Positions 52,655 through 64,000 of a stretch of 64,000 nucleotides of DNA are shown piece by piece; position 1 is the stretch's first letter; each line of letters begins with the position of its first letter. The stretch spans positions 16,719 to 80,718 of the forward strand of contig CAWEBX010000023.1 in assembly GCA_963807355.1 (NCBI GenBank), read 5' to 3'. Source of the stretch: an uncultured archaeon. Its GTDB lineage: Bacteria > Pseudomonadota > Alphaproteobacteria > Rhizobiales > Xanthobacteraceae. The notes beneath the pieces are model-generated. The model ran no database searches and was not told where the DNA came from. It saw only the letters and a program-made list of their open reading frames with translations. A program made the position numbers and the translations under genes.

Positions 52655-54134
52655 GTGAGCGAGTATTGGTCCTTCCTGCGGCACGATGCGGTGGATCCGT
52701 CAATGTTCCCTCGGTTTGCGGGCGGTACATATCCTTGGTCGGTACGCCTCGGGATTGGACTGCTGATCGCCGTCCTGATCGGACTTGGGTCACCCGCGCA
52801 CAGCGCAAATCTTCTGGCAGGACGATTATCCGGACGTTTATATCGAAGGCCTCTCCCCCGCCGCCCGTCACGAGGCGCGCAGCCGCATGCGAGCCAAACA
52901 TCACCGGCTCGCAAAGTCCGAATCGGCCGCTAAAGTCACGCGCAAGCCAAATGGCCCGCTCATCATTGCCATTTCAATCCGCCGGCAAACTGCTCAAGAT
53001 CTATGACGCCAACGGCTTTTTCGCCGAAACCCCGGTGTCGACTGGAATGCGCGGCCATTCGGAACTCCACTGGGCGTTTTCAGCGTCATCCAGAAGCAGA
53101 AATGGCATCGCTCGAATATCTACAGCGGCGCGCCGATGCCCTACATGCAACGCATCACCTGGTCCGGCATCGCGATGCACGCGGGCGTGCTTCCAGGTTA
53201 TCCTGCGTCGCATGGATGTATCCGAATGCCCATGGACTTCGCGGTGAAGATGTGGAATTGGACCAGAATCGGCGCTCGAGTGATCATCACTCCTGGCGAG
53301 GTGACGCCCGCTGATTTTTCGCACCCGATGCTGACAAGCCGTCGGCCAGAGCCCGTGCCGCCGAGGTGAAAGCCGACGCCAGCGCCGCGATGTCGCAAGT
53401 CAACAGTTTCAGTCGCTGACATCCGGTTTGCCTGCGACCGGCGGATCCATCACTGCGAACGCCTGACGGTGGCGGCCAGCCGAGCCGATCAATGGCAGCG
53501 AATTCAGGCAACACGGCGCGGACGCCGACCGTGCACGGTAACGGCGGCGGCCAACCCTGTCGGCGATACGGACTGGCTTCCCCCGCCGAAATCCCCGCCA
53601 GGGTGCCGGAGGACCAACCGCAAACCCCTCCTGGCGAGTGCGGAGAAGGCTGAACTCGCGGCGATCTCTGCACTGAAGCGGAGCGGCCGGATCGCGGTCT
53701 TTGTCAGCCGCAAGGACAGCAAGATTTATGTGCGGCAGAACTTTACGCCGACTATTCGATGCTCCTATCACGATCGCCGCGAGCGACCGGCCTTTGGGAA
53801 CACATGTGTTCACCGCGGAAGTCGCCAAGGACAGCAAGGACTGATTTCCATTGGTCGGTCGTGTCGCTCCCGGCGCTGGAGCGTCGCGCCGACCGAGTTC
53901 ACGTTCTCAAAGGTCGGTCCGGCCAGAAAACGACCGTGGTCAACGCAACGGTCAGGCCGACCCCTGTTCCGGATAGCGCCACCGACGCGTTGAACCGCAT
54001 CTCCATCCCGAAGAACGTCATGGCGCAAATCGCTAGTTGCCTTTTCAACGGGAGACTCCATCGTCGTCTCCGATCAGAGTATTGCAGGCAGCGAAACCGG
54101 TGAAGGCACCGACTTCATCGTCGGGCTGCGATAA
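52655..54134 (+). CDS. L,D-transpeptidase (heavily frameshifted)
   Basis: PVSTG, HRSNIYSGAPMPYMQRITWSGIAMHAGVLPGYPASHGCIRMP, IAVFVSRKDSKIYVRQ, ETGEGTDFIV. Confidence 0.88.
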
Positions 54135-54313
54135 AGTGGCGGTTCAATTGCTCGGGCTTTCGCTCGGCGCTATTGCCATGGTCGCGCACACGGCGGTATC
54201 AGAGGAAGCAGCCCACTGGGGATAAATGTCGTTTCCGTGGAAGGGGTCGTCTGTAGCTGCGCTAGAATGAGGAAGCGGGCGATTCAACCGCGATAACCTT
54301 TGAGGTGATCGAG

Positions 54314-55243
54314 ATGCGCATGACGACAGGGCTGATCTTTGCAGGCGCGGTTTCGTTGTGTGCGACCACGGTCGCCTGGTCGCAGACGCCCGCACCCAAG
54401 GGAGTCCAGAATGCGGCCGCGCCGGTTCCCGCGCGGCCAAGCGGAGCGCAGGTCGCCTGTAACGGAAGCCCCGACGCACTCGGTGTTGCCCGCGTGGTCC
54501 AAATTGATACGACCGGTGGTCCTGGCTTCGGATTTGAGCATTTCAAGCAACTCGACTTCCTGCGCGACAAGGAAGTGGTGCTGACGTTTGATGATGGTCC
54601 GTGGCCCGGAAATACGCCTGCCGTGCTGAAGGCGCTTGCCGATCAGTGCACCACCGGCATCTTCTTCTCGATCGGCAAGCACGCGACCTACCATCCCGAG
54701 ATCCTGCGGAATGTCGCCGCCGCCGGACACACGGTCGGCTCGCACACATGGTCGCACGCTAATCTCAACAACAAGAAGCTGTCCGAGGCGCAGCGCAAGG
54801 ACGAGATCGAGAAGGGATTCAGCGCCGTCAAATGGGCGCTTGAGGCTGCTCCTGCCCCGTTTTTCCGTTTCCCTGCGCTACAGCATCCGCCGGAGATGGT
54901 GACCTACCTTGGCGAGCGCAATATCGCGATCTTTTCCTGCGACGTCGACTCATTCGACTTCAAGTCGCACAAGGCTCAACAGGTGGTCGACAACATCTTC
55001 AAGAAGCTCGACAAGGTCGGCAAGGGTATCATTTTGATGCACGACTTCCAGAAGCATACCGCCGAGGCGCTGCCGGAGGTTTTGCGCAGGCTGAAGGCCG
55101 GTGGATACAAAGTCGTGCAGATGAAGGCAAAGGTGCCGATCGAGACGCTCGCGCAATACGACGAGGAACTGAAGAAGGATACCAAGCTGCCGACCGTGAG
55201 TTCCCGGCCGGTCAACAGCGTCGTCCAGACGATCTCCGAATAA
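54314..55243 (+). CDS. polysaccharide deacetylase (CE4)
   Basis: LTFDDGP, GSHTWSH, FFRFP, IILMHDF. Confidence 0.93.
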   Translation: MRMTTGLIFAGAVSLCATTVAWSQTPAPKGVQNAAAPVPARPSGAQVACNGSPDALGVARVVQIDTTGGPGFGFEHFKQLDFLRDKEVVLTFDDGPWPGNTPAVLKALADQCTTGIFFSIGKHATYHPEILRNVAAAGHTVGSHTWSHANLNNKKLSEAQRKDEIEKGFSAVKWALEAAPAPFFRFPALQHPPEMVTYLGERNIAIFSCDVDSFDFKSHKAQQVVDNIFKKLDKVGKGIILMHDFQKHTAEALPEVLRRLKAGGYKVVQMKAKVPIETLAQYDEELKKDTKLPTVSSRPVNSVVQTISE

Positions 55244-55266
55244 CGCGCGACGATCCGGAAAGGTTT

Positions 55267-55818
55267 ATGCTTCGCATCGAGGGTTATGTCATCGTGTCGG
55301 CGGACGGAATGCTCGCCGATGCGAGCCATGTGATGCCGGAAGCGCTGAAATTCAGAGGCGATCTTGAGTTTTTCACCGCAGGACTGGATCACGCGGACGT
55401 CGTCGTTCACGGACGCAATTCTTTCGAGGATCAGCCCAACTCGCCGCTGCGCAAAAGGGTTAGACTAACCCGCCGCGTAGCCGCTCTTGAACGTGATCCC
55501 GAAAACGAAAAGGCTACCTTATGGAATCCCGCTGGCGCGTCGTTCGAGGACGCCTGCGCTCATGCCGGAGTGCGCGATGGAGCGACCGCGATCATCGGTG
55601 GACCTTCAGTATTCGAAATGTTTCTCGATCGTTATGATACGTTTTGGCTGTCGGAAGCTCCGCACGTGAGGTTACCCGGAGGCGAAGGCTGCTTTCCTGG
55701 CGTCCCCGATAGTTCTCCGCAAGCTGTGTTGGCGGCACATGGACTTCAGCCTAGCGAGGTCCGGATTCTCGATGCGGAGAACGACGTTCGCGTTACAGCA
55801 TGGCGCCGCGCACGCTAG
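55267..55818 (+). CDS. dihydrofolate reductase-like protein
   Basis: VIVSADGMLA, VVHGRNS, AIIGGP. Confidence 0.75.
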   Translation: MLRIEGYVIVSADGMLADASHVMPEALKFRGDLEFFTAGLDHADVVVHGRNSFEDQPNSPLRKRVRLTRRVAALERDPENEKATLWNPAGASFEDACAHAGVRDGATAIIGGPSVFEMFLDRYDTFWLSEAPHVRLPGGEGCFPGVPDSSPQAVLAAHGLQPSEVRILDAENDVRVTAWRRAR

Positions 55819-55939
55819 CCTCTCCGCTTCTGAATGGAACGGTCACGGTCGCGGGGGTCGATGTTATTTTGGTCTGACGCGATTTCTTCACGAGCGCCGG
55901 CAGCCATCTGGCTCGAAAATGCTTCAGTCGAACAAGTTT

Positions 55940-58227
55940 TTATTGCCGGCTCGCGCGCTCCTGCGCCTCGACCACCGCAATGGCCGTCATGTTGAGGATC
56001 CCGCGCGCCGTCACTGACGGGGTCAAAATGTGGGCGGGATGCGCGGGACCGATCAGGATAGGCCCGACAAGCAGGCCGCTGCCGAGCACCTTGATCATCT
56101 GATAGGCGGCGTTCGCTGCATCGAGGTTGGGCAGAATTAGAACGTTGGCGACGCCGGTTAACCGAGAATGCGGCAAGATCAGTTGTCGTGCGGACTCCGA
56201 CAAGGCGGTATCGCCCTGCATTTCACCGTCAGCCTCGATATCGGGATGACGATCGATGAACAGTTCGGTCGCTCGACGCACCTTGCGCGAGGATTCCGTA
56301 TCGTAGCTGCCGAAATCGGAATGCGACACGAAAGCGATCTTCGGCTTGATGTTGAAGCGCTGCACATGGACGGCAGCCTGGGATGCGATGTCCGCGAGTT
56401 CGTCAGCGGACGGGTTTGGGCGCACCTGCGTATCCGCGATGAAATAGGCGCCCTTGCTGGTGATCATCAGCGATAGCGCGGCGAAGTCGCTCGCCCCGGG
56501 CAGATACCCGATGATCTCCCGAATGTGCCGGAGGTGCCGCATATAGCTGCCTTCAACGCCGCACAGCATCGCATCGGCTTCGCCTCGCACCACCGCGAGC
56601 GCCGCTATTACGGTCGCATTGGTGCGGATCGTCGTCCGTGCGACGTCCGGCGTCGCGCCGTGCCGGCCGGCGACATCGATGTAGGACTGCACATATGATC
56701 GGTAGCGGGGATCGTCTTCGGGGTTGATCAGATCGAAATCCCTGCCCGCCTTGATCGCGAGACCGAGACGCTTGAGACGCGTCTCCACGACGGACGGGCG
56801 ACCGACCAGGATCGGGCGGGCCAGTTGCTCCTCAAGCACCTCTTGAGTTGCTCGCAGCACACGCAGATCCTCGCCCTCGGCGTAGATCACCCGAAACGGC
56901 TGCTTCTTTGCCTTCGCAAATACCGGTTTCATGACGAGGCCGGACCGGAAGGCAAAGCGTTCAAGCCGCGCGTGATACTCGTCGAAATTCGTGATCGGCC
57001 GCGTCGCGACGCCCGACGCCATGGCAGCCCTCGCAACGGCGGGCGCGATGCGCAGGATCAGCCGGGGGTCGAATGGACTCGGAATCAGAGAACCCGGTCC
57101 AAAACCATGAGTTTCGCTGTCAAAATCGGCATCGCGGCGTCGGATGGCGGTTCGCGGGCGAGCCAGCGCGATGGCATCGACAGCGGCGAGCTTCATGTCC
57201 TCGTTGATCGCGGTGGCGCCGACGTCGAGAGCACCACGGAAGATGAAGGGAAAGCACAGGACGTTGTTCACCTGATTAGGAAAGTCGGAACGTCCAGTGC
57301 AGATCATGGCATCGGGCCGCACCTTGCGCGCCTCGTCCGGCATGATTTCCGGGACAGGATTGGCGAGCGCCAGCACCAGCGGCTTGTCCGCCATCTGCGC
57401 GACCATCTCCGGCGTCAGCACGCCGCCGGCCGAGACGCCCAGAAACACATCCGCGCCCGCAATCGCTTCCGCCAGCTTGCGCTTGTCGGTCTTCTGCGCA
57501 TAGACCGCTTTCCACTTGTCCATTCGGCGTATTGCGGCCGTCGTAGACCAACGCCGTCGATATCGCAGACCCAGATGTTCTTGCGCTGCGCGCCCATCGA
57601 CACCAGCAGATTGAGACAGGCGATAGCGGCCGCCCCCGCGCCGGACGCGACGATCTTGACGTCTTCGAGCGTCTTGCCATTCAGCAACAGCGCGTTGGTG
57701 ATGGCGGCAGCGACGATGATCGCGGTGCCGTGCTGGTCGTCATGAAAGACCGGAATCTTCATCCGGGCCTTCAGCCGCTCCTCGATTTCGAAGCACTCGG
57801 GTCCCTTGATGTCCTCAAGGTTGATTCCGCCGAAGGTCGGCTCCAGCGCCGCGACCGTCTCGACCACGCGCTCGATGGTATCGGCAGCGATCTCGATATC
57901 GAACACGTCGATGCCGGCGAACTTCTTGAACAGGACCGCCTTGCCTTCCATGACGGGCTTGGAGGCGAGCGGTCCGATATTGCCAAGACCGAGCACGGCT
58001 GTGCCGTTCGATACCACGGCGACCAGATTGGCCCGGCCGGTCAGCGTCGCGGCTTCTGTGGGATCGGCGACGATCTCCTCGCAGGCCGCCGCAACGCCCG
58101 GTGAATAGGCCAGCGCGAGGTCACGCTGGTTGGCGAGCGGCTTTGTCGGCTGGATTTCGAGCTTGCCGGGACGCGGGTTGCGGTGGAACGACAGCGCGGC
58201 GGAGCGGAGATCCTCTGAATACGACAC
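55940..58227 (-). CDS. maeB: NADP-dependent malic enzyme with PTA-like domain (frameshifted)
   Basis: [48 protein letters not shown]. Confidence 0.95.
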
Positions 58228-58417
58228 GGTAAACGCTCCCGGAAGCTTCGGTCGGCCCGTTGGCGGAGCGGATCTGACAATGGCACGCCACCGGCTGCCA
58301 GTCCCAAACACGAATGTTAAAATCCAAAGGACCGCCAGCAATTTGCCTGCGATTGCTCGGCTCTAACATTCGCAGGGATGCCTGCGGAAAAGAGGTGCCG
58401 AAGTTAGAATCGAACCG

Positions 58418-60191
58418 CTAGTCTTTTGGCAGATTGAGCCGGATGTGAAGCTCGCGCAACTGCTTCGGCGCGACGTCTGATGGCGCGCTCATCAGCAGAT
58501 CCTCGGCCTGCTGGTTCATCGGAAACAGCGAGATTTCGCGCAGGTTGGTGGTGCCGCAGAGCAGCATGACGATGCGGTCGACGCCGGCCGCCATGCCGCC
58601 ATGCGGCGGTGCGCCGTATTGAAATGCGCGGTACATGCCGCCGAAACGCTCGACGACCTCGGTCTCACCATAGCCGGCGATCTCGAACGCCTTCACCATC
58701 GCTTCCGGCCTGTGATTACGAATGCCGCCGGAGGCGATCTCGTAGCCGTTGCAGGCGATGTCGTACTGGAACGCCTTGATCGTCAGCGGGTCCTGAGTGT
58801 TGAGCGCGTCGAGCCCGCCCTGCGGCATCGAGAATGGATTGTGCGAGAAGTCGACCTTTTTATCTTCTTCGTTGTACTCGTACATCGGGAAGTCGACGAT
58901 CCAGGCCAGCTCGAACCTGTCCTTGTCGATCAGGTTCAGTTCCTCGCCGAGTTTGGTGCGCGCAAGCCCTGCGAACTTCCAGAATTTTGCCGGATCGCCA
59001 GCAACGAAGAAGGCCGCATCACCGGCTTTCAATTCAAGTGCCGCGCGAATGGCCTCGGTGCGCTCAGGCCCGATATTGTTGGCGAGCGGGCCTGCGCCCT
59101 CGCCTTCCTCGCGCCACATGATGTAGCCGAGGCCCGGCTGACCCTCGCCCTGCGCCCACGAATTCATGCGGTCGCAGAACGCCCGGCTGCCGCCGCCCGG
59201 TCCCGGAATCGCCCAGACTTGGTTCTTCGAATCCTCCAGCATCCGCGCGAAGACCTTGAAGCCCGAGCCTCGGAAATGCTCCGATACGTCCTGCATTTCC
59301 AGCGGATTGCGCAGGTCGGGCTTGTCGGTGCCGTACTTGCGTAGGCTTTCAGCAAACGGAATCCGCGGCCAGTTCTTTGTTACCGGCTTGCCCTTGGCGA
59401 ACTCCTCGAACACGCCGGTGACAACCGGCTCAACCGCAGCAAAAACATCGTCTTGCTCGATGAAGCTCATTTCAAGATCGAGCTGGTAGAACTCGCCCGG
59501 CAGGCGGTCGGCGCGCGGGTCTTCGTCTCGGAAGCACGGCGCGATCTGAAAGTAGCGGTCGAAGCCGGACATCATCAAAAGCTGCTTGTACTGCTGCGGC
59601 GCCTGCGGCAGCGCGTAGAACTTGCCGGGATGAATGCGGCTCGGCACCAGGAAGTCGCGTGCGCCTTCCGGCGAGGAGGCCGTTAGGATCGGGGTCTGGA
59701 ATTCGAAGAAACCCTGTTCCTTCATGCGCCTGCGCATCGAATCGACGATGGCGCCACGGGTCATGATGTTCTGATGCAGCTTCTCGCGACGAAGGTCGAG
59801 GAAACGGTACTTAAGCCTTATGTCTTCTGGATATTCCTGCTCACCGAATACCGGCAGCGGCAATTCGCCGGCCGGGCCGAGCACCTCGATTTCCGTGACA
59901 TAGATTTCGACTCCGACCGGTCGGCAGTTCCGGATTCTCGGTGCCTGCCGGACGGCGCCGGGCCTTGCCGTCGATCCGGACCACCCATTCCGAGCGCAGC
60001 TTTTCAGCGTCGGCGAACGCCGGCGAGTCCGGATCGGCCACGCACTGGGTCAGCCCGTAATGGTCGCGCAGGTCGATGAACAGCACCCCGCCGTGGTCGC
60101 GAATGCGATGGCACCAGCCGGACAGGCGGACGGTCTGGTCGATGTGGCTGTCGCGGAGCGCGCCGCAGGTATGGGACCGATAGCGATGCAT
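58418..60191 (-). CDS. aspS: aspartate-tRNA ligase (frameshift near 59900)
   Basis: [42 protein letters not shown]. Confidence 0.97.
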
Positions 60192-60413
60192 GGAAATCCT
60201 GCAAGAATGCGTCAGAGGGTGGAATCGGAGGTTGGACCGAGCCGAACGGTTGAGCGTCAGGGGTTTAGCCGAGCGGAAGGAGCGCGGCAACCGAATGGCG
60301 GAACCTGAAAGAGCGCTGCGAAGCGTTTTTTGACCGGATAAGCCTGGAAAAACAAGCGCGGGGCGCGTGGAAAGCAGGGCGACAAGGGCAAAAAGACGGG
60401 CTATGGAGCGTTC

Positions 60414-61561
60414 ATGGACCTGATTACGACCACTGCGGAACTGACCTCCGTCTGCGCTCGCTTCGCCAAGTACCCCGTCATCACTGTCGATACGGAATTC
60501 CTCCGCGAGACCACCTATTATCCCCTACTCTGCGTCATTCAGTTGGCGAGCCCCGACGAGGCCATTGCGATCGACGCTCTAGCGGCGGGAATCGACCTGA
60601 AGCCTTTTTTCACTTGATGTCGAACGAAAGCGTCCTGAAGGTCTTCCACGCAGCACGGCAGGACATCGAAATTATCTGGCACCAGGCCGGCATCATTCCT
60701 CATCCCGTCTTCGACACACAGGTAGCTGCCATGGTGCTCGGATATGGCGATTCCATCGCGTATGACGCGCTGGTCGAACGCGTCACGGGGCATCGTCCGG
60801 ACAAGACCCATCGATTCACCGACTGGTCGCGCCGGCCCCTGACGGCGGAACAACTCGAATACGCTGTAGCGGACGTCACTCATCTCCGCGACGTCTTTGC
60901 CGCTCTCGATGCCGATCTCAAGAAGCGCGGCCGCAGTGATTGGGTCAGCGAGGAGATGGAGGTTCTGACCTCGCCAAAAACCTACGACTTTCACCCCGAA
61001 CGTGCATGGGAGCGATTGAAGACCCGTGTCCGCAAGCCGAAGGATCTCGCCATTTTGATGGAAGTGGCGGCGTGGCGCGAACAGGAAGCCCAGAGTCGGA
61101 ACATTCCGCGGTCGCGGGTGCTGAAAGACGACGCCGTCGGTGATATCGCGACCCACGCTCCCGCCAGCCCGGAGCGGCTGGCGACGCTGCGCTCGCTGCC
61201 AAAAGGTTTTGAAAAATCCCAGTGGGGCGCCGATATCGTCGCGGCCGTCCAGCGCGGGCTCGCACGAGACCCGCACGCGCTGCCGAAGATCGAGAAACCG
61301 CGCAACAATTCGAACGGCGCCGCTACGGTGGAGCTTCTCAAGGTTCTCCTGCGCATGACGTCCGAGCGCCATGCCGTTGCGAGCAAGGTGATCGCGACCG
61401 TGGACGACCTGGAACGGATCGCAGCCGATGACGAGGCCGATGTCGGTGCGCTGCACGGCTGGCGGCGCGAACTGTTCGGCGAGGCCGCCCTCGCGCTAAA
61501 GCACGGCCGGCTGGCTCTGGCGATCGAAAAGGGCCGTGTGGTGCGTGTCGAGCGAGCTTAG
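60414..61561 (+). CDS. rnd: ribonuclease D (frameshift near 60612)
   Basis: [49 protein letters not shown]. Confidence 0.95.
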
Positions 61562-61601
61562 AGCGCACCTCGAGTTTCGCACAACAAGTTCAGAACGCAC
61601 A

Positions 61602-62912
61602 TCACGGGACCGACCTCCGGGCTACCAGTTTACTGACCCGCGGACCGTCCATTTCCATCATCCGGAACGACCATCCCTCCCAGGTAAACTCGTCGCCGAT
61701 AGCTGGTATTCGACCTAGCAGCTCAATCGCGCAGCCTGCCACGGTATGAAAGTCTCCATCGGGCTTGCGAGCGATGTTCAAGTGTATCATCGCTTCGTCA
61801 ATCGGCATTTTTCCATTGATGATAAGCTGGCCGTTGTCGCCTTCCTGTATGTCCGCCTCCTCGCCGGCGTCCGGCAATTCTCCCGCAATGGACTCCAGAA
61901 GATCGGTGCGAGTAATAATTCCCTGCAATGTGCCGTACTCATCAACGACAATGCCAACGCGAACGGGTTGCGGCTTGAAACGCTCGATAGCTTGCAGGAT
62001 CGGCGTGAACTCCGCGAATACTAGTGGTTGTTGCAGAACCACGAGCGGATTAACTTCAGCGCCTTCAAGCGCCTGATCGAGCAAGTCCTGTTTTCGCAGC
62101 ACGCCGACGATCTCGTCGATGCTCCCCTGCCCGATCACGACGTGCTCATGCGGGCAGTCACGGACCACATTGAGAATTTCGTCCCGGTTGTCATTTGCGT
62201 CCGCCCAAACCACACTCGTCCGCGGCGTCATGATGTCGCTCACATCGCAACTCGTGAGGCTGATGACCCGCTCGACCACCTCCCGCTGGGTTCGAGCAAG
62301 CAAGCCAGCTCGTTCAGTCTCTGCAACGAGACGTCGGATCTCGTCAGGCGAATGAAGCGATTCCTTTTCGCTGGCTGCGCTGAGGCCGAACAAGCGCAAG
62401 ACACCGTTGCCGAGCCCGTTCAATGACACGATCGCCGGCTTCAACAAAAACCCGAACAGGGAGAGCGGACGCACGATAATCAACGCAGTGGTCTCGGTTC
62501 GCTGCAAGGCAAGGCTTTTGGGAGCGAGCTCGCCAAGCACGATATGCAGAATCGTAATGATCGCGAAGGCGACGATGATAGCGGTGGCGTGAGCGCCGAT
62601 TTTGGCTTCGGTGCCGAATGGCAGAACCAACAGCGGCTCGATCAGGTGTGCCAACGCAGGCTCCCCGATCCAGCCGAGAGCCAATGATGACAGCGTAATC
62701 CCGAGCTGGCATGCTGCGAGATTATAATCCAGGTGTTCGACCGCCTTCTGTAACGCACGGGCGTTTACACGTCCTGCAGCAACCAGTTGCGCGACGCGGC
62801 CGCGACGCATGGCCACCAGCGAAAATTCGGATGCGACGAAAAAACCATTCGCCACGACAAGAATGATGACTGAGAGAACTCCGGCTAGACTGGCTGAACT
62901 GCCATCACCCAC
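61602..62912 (-). CDS. hemolysin-family (TlyC/CNNM) protein: DUF21, CBS pair, CorC domain
   Basis: NGFFVASEFSLV, QLGIT, GELAPK, IMTPR, VVDEYG, FHTVAG. Confidence 0.92.
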   Translation of the reverse strand: MGDGSSASLAGVLSVIILVVANGFFVASEFSLVAMRRGRVAQLVAAGRVNARALQKAVEHLDYNLAACQLGITLSSLALGWIGEPALAHLIEPLLVLPFGTEAKIGAHATAIIVAFAIITILHIVLGELAPKSLALQRTETTALIIVRPLSLFGFLLKPAIVSLNGLGNGVLRLFGLSAASEKESLHSPDEIRRLVAETERAGLLARTQREVVERVISLTSCDVSDIMTPRTSVVWADANDNRDEILNVVRDCPHEHVVIGQGSIDEIVGVLRKQDLLDQALEGAEVNPLVVLQQPLVFAEFTPILQAIERFKPQPVRVGIVVDEYGTLQGIITRTDLLESIAGELPDAGEEADIQEGDNGQLIINGKMPIDEAMIHLNIARKPDGDFHTVAGCAIELLGRIPAIGDEFTWEGWSFRMMEMDGPRVSKLVARRSVP

Positions 62913-63011
62913 AGCGACATCTCCTTATGAGTGTTCCAGCACGATAGTATTACGAGGCGGATGGCCGATGCGCGCAGAGAAAACGCCGCAGGCGGCGTCC
63001 CCACGAACGGG

Positions 63012-64000
63012 CTAGCGGAGGACGATCGAGCCCGAGCGGCCAACAAGGCGCGCCAGTTGTTTGAACCGGCCGCCCACACGATCCGCGACCAGATCGATCA
63101 GCCGGTGCTCGAACACAAGCGTCAGCTTGCGGCCGCTGCTTTTAAAATGGGTGGCGGACAACACACCTGGCCGAGCCGCCGAAATCATATGCGCGACGCG
63201 AAAGGCTGCGCCCAGAATGCGCGCTCTCTCATCCATAGGCGGAGTTACCAATTCGCATATCACCGGGGATGGTTCGTTCACCTCATTTAACCCGGCATAG
63301 CGGTAATATACCGACAGCGCGACGAACGCTCGTCCTTGATGGTCGATGCTGCCAAAATTGCCGTGCATAATCGAATTGAGCGTCTGCTCGCTGCGGTAGT
63401 CCGGATGTATGCGCCAGCCGATATCGGAAAGCAGGCAAGCGGCGTGACGCAGCCGGCGATCGTCTTCGGTCTCATGAAGTTTCGCAATCTGGAACAGTCG
63501 ATCGGTCCATTGGATCAGTTCCTCGGCATGGCGTGCGGAACGTGAGAGCAAGCCGTTCAGCGACTGCGCGGCGCAGATTAATCCATCCCGCGAGCGGTCG
63601 GCGGCTGGCAGCATCGAATAAAGCAAACCTTCGCGGACACCATAGGTCGAGAACACGATGGTTTTTGGCTTCGCAATCCGGATGATATGTTCCAGGACGA
63701 GAGCGGCATAAGTCAGCAGCGGCTGGCGCGCCTCGGCAACGGCCTCGATATCTGCCAGCGTCTGGGAAGCCGCTAGACGACGCAGCCGCCGGACGAAATC
63801 GAGCGCGTCTGCTGCGGGAATGGAATAGCCGTGCATGACGCGAAGTGGATAACCGCTCTGGATGATGTGAATGCGAGCTAACGCTCGCCACGTCCCGCCG
63901 ATCGCGTAAAAGGTACGGCCCTGTCCGGTCTTTAGCGGCACCGCGCCGGCAAGCGCGGCTTTTACGATGCGGTCTGCGCGCTTCAACGATTTCTTCGACG
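63012..64000 (-). CDS. ppx: exopolyphosphatase Ppx/GppA family (5' end outside window)
   Basis: YAIGGTWRALA, YGVREGLLY, CLLSDIGWRIHPDYR. Confidence 0.92.
   Translation of the reverse strand, partial: SKKSLKRADRIVKAALAGAVPLKTGQGRTFYAIGGTWRALARIHIIQSGYPLRVMHGYSIPAADALDFVRRLRRLAASQTLADIEAVAEARQPLLTYAALVLEHIIRIAKPKTIVFSTYGVREGLLYSMLPAADRSRDGLICAAQSLNGLLSRSARHAEELIQWTDRLFQIAKLHETEDDRRLRHAACLLSDIGWRIHPDYRSEQTLNSIMHGNFGSIDHQGRAFVALSVYYRYAGLNEVNEPSPVICELVTPPMDERARILGAAFRVAHMISAARPGVLSATHFKSSGRKLTLVFEHRLIDLVADRVGGRFKQLARLVGRSGSIVLR

Overview
Alphaproteobacterial chromosome segment; the gene content and LexA GTTC-N7-GTTC boxes fit Bradyrhizobium/Nitrobacteraceae. Positions 1 to about 34.1 kb are an accessory region. 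It holds the end of a small integrative element (tyrosine integrase, AlpA-like gene) bounded by a degenerate tRNA-Lys(UUU) 3' fragment, then prophage debris. A decayed type I-C CRISPR locus follows: about 8 degenerate repeats in both orientations, a deleted orphan cas3, and a lectin-like propeller gene between the repeat clusters. Next come a 10-kb DNA repair/mutagenesis cluster (alkB-like, ligD ligase domain, NUDIX, SRAP, dnaE2-imuB-imuA, polX/PHP), IS5 remnants, and a broken type I secretion module with a 13-aa-repeat protein and an XRE regulator. From about 34.1 kb to 64 kb the content is mostly core: ssb, omp, uvrA, BA14K, nrdJ, ROK kinase, yghU, SDR, fabA, creA, L,D-transpeptidase, deacetylase, maeB, aspS, rnd, tlyC-like and ppx. 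Small frameshifts hit even aspS, ssb and uvrA, so many are probably sequencing or assembly errors. All product calls are from motif recognition, not database searches, and boundaries of broken genes are approximate.
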